DNA of 64,000 nucleotides, taken from Ignavibacteria bacterium. Lineage in GTDB: Bacteria > Bacteroidota > Ignavibacteria > DATCTW01. Below are positions 52,591-63,000 of this stretch, piece after piece. The notes below the pieces were generated by a model. The model made no database searches, was not told the DNA's origin, and was given only the letters and a program-made list of their open reading frames with translations. The DNA lies in contig DATCTW010000018.1 in assembly GCA_036567745.1 (NCBI GenBank), forward strand, positions 194,665-258,664, read 5' to 3'. The translations under genes and the position numbers were made by a program. The stretch's first letter is position 1; each line of letters opens with the position of its first letter.

Positions 52591-52848
52591 TTATTTATTT
52601 TTAATTTAATAAATTAATAGAAATAACTTGATTTTTTAATTAAGAATTTTTATATAATTATATTCGAATTAGAATTTACTCTTTTCTTCATAATTTTGAT
52701 ATTGCTCAATAATTAAACCTTATTTCATTATTTTATTGTCTAATAAATACAAAAACGAGAATAAAAATCTATTAATTTTAATGGAATATTGTATTGGATT
52801 GACTCTATTCTTTTGATTTCTTATGTTTTAAAAAAGTAGAGGTAAAAG

Positions 52849-55800
52849 ATGAGAAGATTTAACTTATTATTTTTTATATTTATATTTTTAGCAATTAATA
52901 TCCAAGCTCAACAGTTTGGTAAAAATAAAGTTCAGTATAAAAATTTTGATTGGTATTATATTCAGACTGAGCATTTTGACATTTATTTCAGTCAAGGTGG
53001 AGAATATATAACCGATTTTACTGCTTCTGTTGCAGAAGATGCTTTGGCGAGAATGCAAAAAGAATTTAAACACCAAATAACAAATAGAATACCTATTGTT
53101 GTTTATAATTCCCATAATGATTTTCAACAAACAAATGTTGTTCAGGAATATATGGAAGAAGGCGTTGGTGGAGTTACTGAACTTTTTAAAAATAGAGTTG
53201 TTGTACCTTTTGAAGGCAACTACAAGCAATTTGAACATGTTATAAGACACGAACTTATTCACGCATATCTAAATGATATGTTTTATGGTGGCTCAATTCA
53301 ATCAATAATATCAAATAATATTACTCTACAAATTCCATTATGGGTAAATGAAGGATTAGCAGAGTACTTTTCTTTAAATGGGTGGGATACAAATTCAGAT
53401 ATGTTTTTAAGAGATGCAACAATAAGTGGATATTTACCCTCGATAAATGGTCTTAATGGATACTTTGCTTACCGGGGTGGCCAATCTGTTTTCTGGTATA
53501 TTGCAGAAAAGTATGGAAGAGAAAAAATTGGTGAAATATTACAAAAAACCAAAACCCTAAGAAGCGTTGAACAAGCATTAAAAAGCTCTATCGGCTTAAA
53601 CTATGAAGAGCTTTCGGAACGATGGTTAAGAGAGCAAAAAGTACTTTATTGGCCTGACATAGCTAAAAGAGAAGATCCAGGTCTATTTGCAAAAAAAATG
53701 ACAGATCATAGAAAAGATAATAATTTCTATAATACCTCACCAGCTATTTCACCAAAAGGTGACAAAATTGCATTTATATCTGATAGAAAAGATTATTTTG
53801 ATGTTTATGTAATGTCTACAACCGATCCCAAAGATATTGAAAAAGTAGTAGATGGTCAAAGAACCAAAGATTTTGAAGAGTTACACTTATTAACTCCTGG
53901 AATTACCTGGTCACCTGATGGAAATAAAATTGCGCTTGCTGTAAAAAGTGGTGATAGAGATGCTATTTTTATTATAGATATAAAAAGCGGTGATGAAGAA
54001 AAAATTAAATTCGATTTAGATGGAATATTCTCTGTACATTGGTCTCCAAAAGGGGATAAAATAACTTTTGTAGGCAATACCTCAAGGCAATCGGATATAT
54101 ATGTTTACGATTTAATTACAAAAACTTTAACAAATTTAACTAATGATATCTTCAGTGATTCTGACCCAACTTTTGCTAATGATGGAGAAACAATTTACTT
54201 TTCTTCAGATAGAGATAATTATCTAACACCGCTTAAAGAATCAGCAAGCTTTAGAATATTCAAGCATAATATTCAACAATACGATTTGTATTCAATTAAC
54301 ATTAACACGAAAAAAATTGAAAGAATTACTAATTTGCCAGATAGTGACGAAAGTTCTGTTGTTGTTTCTGCAGATGGCAAAAAGATTCTCTTTATTTCCG
54401 ATAAGAATGGTATAAATAATATTTATGAAAAAAACTTAGAGACTGGAATAATTAGACCTATAACTAACTCTTTAAATGGAATTTATCAGCTTTCATTATC
54501 AGCAGATGATTCTAAGTTAGCTTTTTCATCAATGGTTTATGCTGGTTTCGATATTTTCTTGTTAAAAAATCCATTTGAAAAAAAGTTAAATGTAACCGAG
54601 CTTGAACCTACTGAATTCATAAAACGAAAAATGTACAAACCCTATGATGCAAGTAAATACTTAGCAAAAAATGCTGATACAAGTGAAGTAAAAATTGACA
54701 CAATAAAATCAAAATCACCTGAGGTTAAAAAATCCGAAGAAGATACCCTAAAACTCTATGGAGAAAAAATCGAGATAGATTTCCAGAATTATATCTTTGC
54801 TGAATCATACAACAGAGATTCTCTTTTATCATTAAGGCAATCCACAAAACCACTTGAACCCGTAGAAGGCAAGGATAGTCTTGGAAGGTACATTGTCAAC
54901 AAATATAAGCTAAATTTTACTCCAGATATTATTTACGGAAATGCAGGTTATAGTACTTTTTACGGCGTGCAAGGAACTACAGAAATGGCATTTTCTGATA
55001 TGTTAGGAAATCATCAAATTTATTTTGCAACCAACCTTTTGCTTGATTTAAAAAATAGTGATTACGTTTTAGCATATTACTATTTGCCTAACAGAATCGA
55101 TTGGGGAATTGTGATGTATCATTCTGCACGTTTTCTTTATTATGACGACCCCTATAGTTATTACTCATATTTGTATAGATACAGAAACTATGGATTAAAC
55201 TTAATAATGTCTGTTCCTTTTGACAAATTTAACCGAACGGATTTTAACCTTGGTCTGATGAATATTTCAAAAGAAAATCTTGACAATCCATATGAGCCTT
55301 CACAAGATTATACTCTTTTGGTTCCTCAAATATCATACACACACGATAATGTGCTATGGGGAATGACTGCACCAGTTAATGGTAAAAGATATGAATTTGC
55401 TTTATACGGTAGCCCAAAATTTGGGAATAATTCTTTAGGGTTTTATACTTTTACAGCGGATTATAGAAAATACTTTAAATTCTGGAGCGATTATAATTTC
55501 ATATTCCGTTTTGCAGGTGGTCTAAGTGGCGGTCCTAATCCCGGTCAATTTTTCATTGGTGGCACAGAGAACTGGATTAACAGAACATTTGAGAATGAAA
55601 ACATACCTATAGAAAACGCGCAAGATTTTGCCTTCTTTAGTCCCGGTTTGCCTTTACGAGGTTATAATTATGATGCTAAAAGAGGCACAAGATATTCTAT
55701 TATAAACCTTGAATTAAGATTTCCTTTAATAAAATATTTCCTAGCTGGTCCAATACCATTATTCTTCCAGAATATCTTAGGAACTGCATTTATTGATTTA

Positions 55801-56010
55801 GGTACAGCATGGAGTAAAGATAAATCTCTAAGATTATTTGATAAAGATGAAGCCGGGGCTTTAGGTACCAGAGATTTGTTAATTGGTATGGGTTTCGGGT
55901 GGAGAGTATTTATTTTATATTTCCCTGTTAAATTTGATATTGCCTGGCCTTACAATTTTAAAAACTTTGGTAGCTCAAAATTTTACATTTCAATAGGTGC
56001 TGACTTTTAA
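52849..56010 (+). CDS. Omp85/BamA-superfamily outer-membrane protein with an N-terminal gluzincin-like metallopeptidase domain (HExxH...NEGxAEY) and a central TolB-like PD40 beta-propeller
   Basis: Signal peptide. 'IRHELIHAYLNDMFYGGSIQSIISNNITLQIPLWVNEGLAEYFS' mirrors M1-type 'HExxH-x18-E / WLNEGFA'. PD40-type repeats follow ('SPKGDKIAFISDR', 'SPDGNKIALAV', 'SPKGDKITFVGN', 'DGETIYFSSDR', 'DGKKILFISDK'). The C-terminus 'AFIDLGTAW...LIGMGFGWRV..LYFPVKFDIAWPYN...KFYISIGADF' matches the Bac_surface_Ag (Omp85) terminal strands. Confidence 0.6.
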   Translation: MRRFNLLFFIFIFLAINIQAQQFGKNKVQYKNFDWYYIQTEHFDIYFSQGGEYITDFTASVAEDALARMQKEFKHQITNRIPIVVYNSHNDFQQTNVVQEYMEEGVGGVTELFKNRVVVPFEGNYKQFEHVIRHELIHAYLNDMFYGGSIQSIISNNITLQIPLWVNEGLAEYFSLNGWDTNSDMFLRDATISGYLPSINGLNGYFAYRGGQSVFWYIAEKYGREKIGEILQKTKTLRSVEQALKSSIGLNYEELSERWLREQKVLYWPDIAKREDPGLFAKKMTDHRKDNNFYNTSPAISPKGDKIAFISDRKDYFDVYVMSTTDPKDIEKVVDGQRTKDFEELHLLTPGITWSPDGNKIALAVKSGDRDAIFIIDIKSGDEEKIKFDLDGIFSVHWSPKGDKITFVGNTSRQSDIYVYDLITKTLTNLTNDIFSDSDPTFANDGETIYFSSDRDNYLTPLKESASFRIFKHNIQQYDLYSININTKKIERITNLPDSDESSVVVSADGKKILFISDKNGINNIYEKNLETGIIRPITNSLNGIYQLSLSADDSKLAFSSMVYAGFDIFLLKNPFEKKLNVTELEPTEFIKRKMYKPYDASKYLAKNADTSEVKIDTIKSKSPEVKKSEEDTLKLYGEKIEIDFQNYIFAESYNRDSLLSLRQSTKPLEPVEGKDSLGRYIVNKYKLNFTPDIIYGNAGYSTFYGVQGTTEMAFSDMLGNHQIYFATNLLLDLKNSDYVLAYYYLPNRIDWGIVMYHSARFLYYDDPYSYYSYLYRYRNYGLNLIMSVPFDKFNRTDFNLGLMNISKENLDNPYEPSQDYTLLVPQISYTHDNVLWGMTAPVNGKRYEFALYGSPKFGNNSLGFYTFTADYRKYFKFWSDYNFIFRFAGGLSGGPNPGQFFIGGTENWINRTFENENIPIENAQDFAFFSPGLPLRGYNYDAKRGTRYSIINLELRFPLIKYFLAGPIPLFFQNILGTAFIDLGTAWSKDKSLRLFDKDEAGALGTRDLLIGMGFGWRVFILYFPVKFDIAWPYNFKNFGSSKFYISIGADF

Positions 56011-56045
56011 TTTTTGTGATGCGATAATATCGCATCACAAAAAAT
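56011..56045. terminator. Bidirectional rho-independent terminator between convergent genes
   Basis: Perfect palindrome TTTTTGTGATGCGATA-AT-ATCGCATCACAAAAAA immediately after the TAA stop at 56008-56010. Confidence 0.7.
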
Positions 56046-56061
56046 ATTATTACTAATGTAT

Positions 56062-57561
56062 CTACTCTACTATAGGAAACTTAATTATAAATGTAGAACC
56101 TTTGCCCAACTCACTATTTACTTCAATAGTACCTTTATGAAGATCAACGATCCATTTAGCAATTGCTAAACCTAAACCAGAACCTCCTAACTCTCTTGAT
56201 CGAGCTTTATCTACCCTGTAAAACCGCTCAAATATCTTATTTATTGACTCTTTTGGTATACCAATACCTGTATCGGTAATAACAAATATAGCTGTTTTAT
56301 TTTCCTTATAAAGTGAAATCTCGACTTTTCCAAATTCATTATTGTATTTGATAGCATTATCTATTAAATTCAAAAACAATTGTCTTAATTTGACTTTATC
56401 ACCCCTTATTTTTACTTCATCCATCTTATTAAGTAAAATGGAGATATTTTTATTTTTTGCGAGATGTTCACTATCTTCATACAACTCCATTACCAATGTA
56501 TCAAGGTTTATTATTTCAAAATGAACATCGGTTTGACCAGCATCAGATTTTGTTAAATTGAACAAACTATCAATTATTGAAGACATCCTTACTACTTCAT
56601 CAAGTAAACTTTTTAGAGTGTTAACATATTCTTCAGGTGTTTTATTGCTTTTGAGTGCAACTTCAATTTCACCTCTTAATATCGTTAATGGCGTTCTAAG
56701 CTCATGGGAAGCGCTAACTGAAAACTGTTTGGTCTGTTCAAATGATTTTTGTAAGCGATCTATCATCTCATTAAAAGTTGTTATCAACCTGCCAATCTCA
56801 TCATCAATTTCATTAGGTGGTATACGTTTTGATAAATTAAGGCTACTTATCTCTCTTGCTGTTCTAGTAATTTGATCTACTGGTTGTAATGATTTACGAG
56901 CAAGGAACCAACCTGTTACAATTGATATAACAAAAGAAATTGGTATTATTAAAATCAGGACAGAAAAAAGTTCGTTTAATATATCGCTAATTTCTTCAAA
57001 AGGGTAACCTACTAGTATCTTCATTTTATCGGTTTTAGTTGCAGCTAATCTCATTGATTTACTTCTAAGATTAGAAGACCATAGAAAATTAATTTTATCG
57101 GTTTCAATATTACCAGCAAAATACAAAGTATCATTTTTCAAATTTGCAGAACGATAAATTTCTTCGTCATTCAAATCAGTTATAAAAATAAAGTTATTCT
57201 TTGAGTTCCACAACAAATGTTCATAAATCTTATTCCATGTTTCGTCAGGTTCAATTGTTTCTACAGTATCAACTATAGCTAATTTAGTACTATCAATCTT
57301 TTTTAATTTTCTACTTTTTACTTTTGTAGGTTTCTGTGGAGTAAAAATAAAAGTTTTTCTTTGTTTTACTCTTTTCTTTTTTTCAATAGGTGTAATATTA
57401 TTTTTTATCCAATTAATTTCAGTTGAAAGAGAAGAATCCAGATTATCTAATAAAATACTACTTATTGATAGGTAAGAAATCATACCAAAAATAATAAAGG
57501 AAAGTATCAAAATTGTGGCATAAGTTATGGCAAGACGAAATCTAATCGATTTGAAAAACAT
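56062..57561 (-). CDS. Sensor histidine kinase (periplasmic sensor domain, HAMP, HisKA, HATPase)
   Basis: 'SASHELRTPLTILRGEIEVAL' H-box, 'NLIDNAIKYN' N-box, 'DTGIGIP', 'GGSGLGLAI'. The start overlaps the RR stop by 1 bp. Confidence 0.9.
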   Translation of the reverse strand: MFFKSIRFRLAITYATILILSFIIFGMISYLSISSILLDNLDSSLSTEINWIKNNITPIEKKKRVKQRKTFIFTPQKPTKVKSRKLKKIDSTKLAIVDTVETIEPDETWNKIYEHLLWNSKNNFIFITDLNDEEIYRSANLKNDTLYFAGNIETDKINFLWSSNLRSKSMRLAATKTDKMKILVGYPFEEISDILNELFSVLILIIPISFVISIVTGWFLARKSLQPVDQITRTAREISSLNLSKRIPPNEIDDEIGRLITTFNEMIDRLQKSFEQTKQFSVSASHELRTPLTILRGEIEVALKSNKTPEEYVNTLKSLLDEVVRMSSIIDSLFNLTKSDAGQTDVHFEIINLDTLVMELYEDSEHLAKNKNISILLNKMDEVKIRGDKVKLRQLFLNLIDNAIKYNNEFGKVEISLYKENKTAIFVITDTGIGIPKESINKIFERFYRVDKARSRELGGSGLGLAIAKWIVDLHKGTIEVNSELGKGSTFIIKFPIVE

Positions 57562-58238
57562 TAATTGTCATCCTCTTTCATAACATAACCAGCACCACGA
57601 ACAGTATGGATAAGCTTTTTATCAGCTTTGCCATCAACCTTTTGTCTTAAATGATTTACATATACATCTATAACATTAGTACCTGTATCAAAATTTATAT
57701 TCCATATTTTTTCTGAAATGGTTTCTCTTGTTATAGTTTTATTTTTATTTCTCATGAAAAACTCAAGCAAAGCATACTCACGAGCAGTTAATTCAATTTC
57801 CACACCATTTCTTTTAGCTTTATGTTTTACGGTATCAAGTTCAAGATCTGCAACTTTTAGTAATGTAGATTTTAATTCGCCACGACGAAATAGCGATTTA
57901 ATCCTTGCCAATAGTTCCTCAAAAGCAAAAGGTTTGGTAAGGTAATCATCTGCACCAAGGTTAAAACCAGTTACTTTATCATTAATAGTATCTTTAGCTG
58001 TTAACATTAGAATTGGAGTCATAATATTATTTTGTCTTAACTTTTCCAGTACTTCAAAGCCATCCATTTTTGGTAACATTACATCAAGAATTATCAAATC
58101 GTATTTTGGTTCGAGTGCTTTTTGGAAGCCTTCTTCCCCATTAAAAGCTAAATCAACAAAATAACCTTCTTCATCAAGGCCCTGTTTAATAAATTTCGAG
58201 ACCTTTTTTTCGTCTTCAATAAGCAATATGTTTTTCAT
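57561..58238 (-). CDS. OmpR-family DNA-binding response regulator
   Basis: REC reads 'ILLIEDEKKV...DLIILDVMLPKMDGFEV...LTAKD'. The winged-helix C-terminus reads 'LTAREYALLEFFMRN...VDVYVNHLRQK'. Confidence 0.9.
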   Translation of the reverse strand: MKNILLIEDEKKVSKFIKQGLDEEGYFVDLAFNGEEGFQKALEPKYDLIILDVMLPKMDGFEVLEKLRQNNIMTPILMLTAKDTINDKVTGFNLGADDYLTKPFAFEELLARIKSLFRRGELKSTLLKVADLELDTVKHKAKRNGVEIELTAREYALLEFFMRNKNKTITRETISEKIWNINFDTGTNVIDVYVNHLRQKVDGKADKKLIHTVRGAGYVMKEDDN

Positions 58239-58243
58239 AGTTA

Positions 58244-59818
58244 TTATTTATCTTTTAAAATAATATTTACTCTTCTATTAAGATTTTTCCATTTTTTGTC
58301 ACTGTTTGGACCTAAAGGCTCTTTTGAACCTTTCCCAACAGTTTTAAAAATACTTTGATTTATTCCATAGTTATTTGATAAATAACTTTTTACAGTATCG
58401 GCTCGTCTCTTTGAAATGATAAAATTATACAAATCTTCGCCAGTGCTATCAGCATGCCCAATTATAAATACCACATTAGATTTTTTATCAATAATTTCTT
58501 TCGCTACTTTTGCCAACTTTACTTTTGATATTGAATCTAAATCCGTACTATTCGGATCAAAATTAATCATATAGTAATTATTAATGACACTTTTATCGTA
58601 TTTTACCTTTGGTAGAGTTTTTTTAGAATTATCTTGGACTATTTTAGTTTTTGTTAAATTGGTAGTAGGCTCTGATACTTTCACATTAGCCTGCAAAGGT
58701 TTATCCTCTTTTACAATTGGTTTTTCTTGATTTTCTTTCTTAATTTCTTGATTAACCTGAGGCTCAATTGAAACTGGTAATTGTAGTAATTCATCTAAAT
58801 ATTTAGAATCAATTAATTCAGATGAATATATTTTAGCAACTTGTTTATCTTTTAAATGAGTATTTTCAAAAATATTCTGAATTTCATTTTCAAAATCAGT
58901 CTTATTGTTTTTAGATTTTTCGAAGAAAAATTTCTTGTTTAATTTTATATCTGCAAATAATTCTCCATTTTGAATAGCTTTTTTATTAAGAGAATCATTT
59001 GCTTTTAAACAACCCTTTAAGAATGTTTTAATATAAGGGGAATATTCATCATTTGATTTTTTTGAACTAAGAATAAGATTATAAGAATTACCTGTTATTT
59101 CGGATAATACTTTATAATTTTTATTTGATGTTAAATCATTTATAACTTTTTTATTTTTTAAAATTGCTGAGAATAGCGTACCATTCAATAACTTTTTAAC
59201 AATCTCTTCATCACTATTTAAATAATCAAAATCGTATTTATTAAAATTAGATTTCTTCGCAAACTCATTAAAAATTAATTCTGAAGAATAATTATTATTA
59301 ACACCAATTTTTTTATTTATCAGATCCTTTATAGATTTAATTTTAGCGTCAGTTACAAAATACTGTTTTTCTTTGCTTATACCAGACAAAATAATTGCCT
59401 TTGGCTCTACTTTCTTTAATGAATCATAATTAGATAGGAATTGAAAAACATCTATGTAAGCAAGATCAATCCCTCCTGCATCTCCACCATTTACTAAAGA
59501 ACTTGAAAGCAAAGTAAAATTATCGTACTCCTGTAATAAAACATTCAAACCCAGATTTTGAAATATCGTACCTTTTTTAGTGTCTTTTCCTCCATTAGCA
59601 AAAATAAGATTTGTTGGAGGGAAATCCTTAACATAACCAACTATTAATGGTCTATCTGGAATTTTTACCAAAACTTTTTCTTCTTGCTGAACAACTTCTT
59701 TTGTTTTATTTGAAGAAAAAATTTCTAATAAGCCTGTTATTCTTATCAAAAAGTAGACAATTAATAACAGAAAAATAAAAACGACAATCTTTCCCCCCGG
59801 TTTAAGCTTAATTTTCAT
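58244..59818 (-). CDS. OmpA-family (OmpA/MotB C-terminal domain) membrane-anchored protein
   Basis: N-terminal TM helix. The C-terminal OmpA domain reads 'FDPNSTDL...NVVFIIGHADSTGEDLYNFIISKRRADTVKSYL'. Confidence 0.7.
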   Translation of the reverse strand: MKIKLKPGGKIVVFIFLLLIVYFLIRITGLLEIFSSNKTKEVVQQEEKVLVKIPDRPLIVGYVKDFPPTNLIFANGGKDTKKGTIFQNLGLNVLLQEYDNFTLLSSSLVNGGDAGGIDLAYIDVFQFLSNYDSLKKVEPKAIILSGISKEKQYFVTDAKIKSIKDLINKKIGVNNNYSSELIFNEFAKKSNFNKYDFDYLNSDEEIVKKLLNGTLFSAILKNKKVINDLTSNKNYKVLSEITGNSYNLILSSKKSNDEYSPYIKTFLKGCLKANDSLNKKAIQNGELFADIKLNKKFFFEKSKNNKTDFENEIQNIFENTHLKDKQVAKIYSSELIDSKYLDELLQLPVSIEPQVNQEIKKENQEKPIVKEDKPLQANVKVSEPTTNLTKTKIVQDNSKKTLPKVKYDKSVINNYYMINFDPNSTDLDSISKVKLAKVAKEIIDKKSNVVFIIGHADSTGEDLYNFIISKRRADTVKSYLSNNYGINQSIFKTVGKGSKEPLGPNSDKKWKNLNRRVNIILKDK

Positions 59819-60041
59819 TATTCTATCCTTGCTTTAGATTTGATATAAACTCATTCTCTCAATAAATATAAAAAAAATGTTTTTTTTAATCAAGCTATCT
59901 TTTACTGTCAACAAAATTGATTCACCGAAAAATAAAATAATTAGACGATTTATTAAATAATTTACTTGAAATATTTTCAAAAAATCCTTAATATAACAGA
60001 TGTATTAATTTATTATTCATTCTAACAAAGAGGAGTTAATA

Positions 60042-63000
60042 ATGGAGTCTCAAATTGAGACAAATACTGATGTTTTTAATAATATTTTTAATTATTGTAA
60101 TTTACCCCTAATAATTTATAAACAAGAAACCAATTCACTTATTTGCAACAAAATATCTCTAAATTATTTTGGTTTTCAGGAAGATGAGAATAGCCTTTTT
60201 GAAGCAAAAAAAATAATAACTAATATCGAAGATCTAATAAGTAAAATCAATGAAAACAAAAATAATTTAAATGAAGATTTTGATATTACTTTAAATTTTA
60301 TATACAAATCAAATCAACAAGTAAGCATTAATACCAGAGTTTTTATTAATACTGGTTTTGATAACACCATACTCCTTATTCCTGATATTAATATTGAACT
60401 ATTTAGCAACGAACAAAAAGAGCTAATTCAAAATAATCTTTCATTAAAGTCATCAATATTAAATAAAGAAGAAGAAAGGTTCAATCTAATTTTAGAAAAT
60501 TTACCATTTCTTCTAATTGCAATAGATGAAAATGACAAATTATTATATGTAAATTCAAAATTTGAGAAATTTTTAGGATACTCTTTACTTGATTTATCTT
60601 TGACAGGCTTTATTTCAAAAATTCATCCTGAAGATAGAGAAAAATATAAAGAATTTATCTCTGATATTTCAATTGATAAGTTATCAAATGTCAGATTAGT
60701 AGAAAAATCAGGAAAAATTTTAAACACAAGCTTCAAAAAAAATACTTTTACTTTAAATGACAATTTACAAATTAAATTATTAATTGTAGATTTTGATAAT
60801 TCGACTCAGGAAATAAATTTAACAAATATTGAAAATAAGCTTATAGATTTAGAATTAAAAAATGAAGAGCTAAAGCATCTATTAGATTTATCAAACTCTG
60901 TTATAGATAATTCCCCTGATATTATTTTAGTTTATGATAATAATGGAAAATTGATTAAATACTCAAAAAATTCCAACCTTCTTAAACAATACTCATTCGA
61001 AGAACTTTCTACAATAAATAATATTCCATTTATTTCTTCAACAGATAAACAAGAAATTATAAAAAACATTAATAGTGAGAATTTTATAACTTTCAAAAAA
61101 AACGATGTAGTATTAAAAGATAAGGAAGGTAATGATTATTTTTCTATACTTAACGTTAAGAAAATAAATTATGATAATGAATATTACGTTTATTTTAATT
61201 TTTCTGATATAACAAGTTATAAAATAGAAGTAGAAAAGAATTTAAGCGCTGCTTTTAAAGGTGTGCTTTTTGATTACTATCCTGATATTACTATCCTTCA
61301 TAAAATTGATGGAACAATATTAGATGTTAATCACAAGTGTGAAGAAAGGTTAGAATATACACGAGAGGAAATAATTAATAAAAATATTTCAGAATTTGGT
61401 TTAATTTTAGATCAAAACCTATTCAATAATACAGAACCTCAATTAAAGCTTATTCATCACATAAAATCGAAATCTGGTAATTTAATAGATGTGAAAAGTG
61501 ACTCGAATGTAATAGAGTTCAACAATAAAAAATACGTATTAAGTGTATTAAAAGAAGTAACAACTCCAAAGCAAAGATTAATCGAAAGCAGAATACTGGA
61601 AAGTTCTTTAGGCCAATTATTGAACTTTATGAATATTGGTATTATTATTTTCAATCAGGAAGGATACCTTACTCACTTATCTTCTAATTGTGAAACTTTA
61701 ACTGGTATAGAAAGCACAGAATGGGATGTTTCTTCTCCATTCCTCGTCGATAAAATTGCCCGTGAAGATTTCATAATATTCAGACAGAATATTGAAAGAG
61801 TATTTAAAGGTGAATACTTAAAAGATATATTAATTGTATTTAAAAACAAGGACGAGAAGAAGAAAGAACTTAAAGGCAGTTTTTTACCTGTACTTAATGA
61901 AGATGGTTATGTAAGTGAGGTAATGCTTGTACTTCAAGAATATACGGATTTTGATAAAGAAAAAAGATTAAGCAACTTCTATGAACTCATTTTAGATAAT
62001 GCACCAATTGGTATAATTACCTTTGATACAAATGGAAATTACACTTCCGTTAACGAAGAATTTCTTAAAATGCTTGGATATGAATACAAAAGAGAAGAAG
62101 TACTAACATGGAATTTATATAACCTGATGGATAAAGATAAAATATTACCTGGATTTGTTACCGCACTAAACGGAGAAGTTGTTGATTATACTCGTGATTA
62201 TATGCCTACACCATCAAATCAAAAATTTTCTTTTTATCAGTCCTTTGCTCCACTAAGAGATAAGAATGGGAACATTATAGGAGTTCTTGGCCTATTAAAT
62301 GAAATTACAGATAAATCTATTATTCCTCAAAATATAATTGAAGCAGAAGAAAAGTTTAGAAAAATATTTGATTCATTAGAAGAGTGTGTAATATTATTTA
62401 AAGCAACAGGAAAAATAATTAATGCTAATAAAGGTGCTTTTTTATTATTGGGCGATCCACCTCAACACATAATTAACAAAGATATTACAGATTATTTTGC
62501 AGATAATCAGAGTGAAGAATTTGAAGATTTTTTGTTTAATTTACATTCTTTTGGGAATGCTAATATTAAAACAAAAATCATTAAAAGTAATGGTACAACA
62601 TTTGACGCTGAAGTGTATGGTAAAGGTTTGGAAATATCGGGAATACAACATTTCTTTGTAGTGATAAAGAAAATTGAAATTTTAGAAAAAAAACCAGTAG
62701 AAGAAATTACTACAATTACATCTCAGAAAGAAAAGGAAACAAATGGTATAGATTCTTTCAATTTTCTTAAAGATTTCGATGAAGGAATAATTATTACTGA
62801 TTCAGCTATTGAACAAACAATTTTCATCAACGATAAAATTAAAGAGCTTTTTAATGCTTCAATAGATGATTTTCATTCAAAAGGAATTTTGCCAATTGTA
62901 ACCAAAGAGATGGATGAAAATTCAAAATATTTTTTCCAGAAAAATATTGAACTATGTAAATCATCTCAATTAGGTATAAAGCCATTTGAAATAGATTTTA

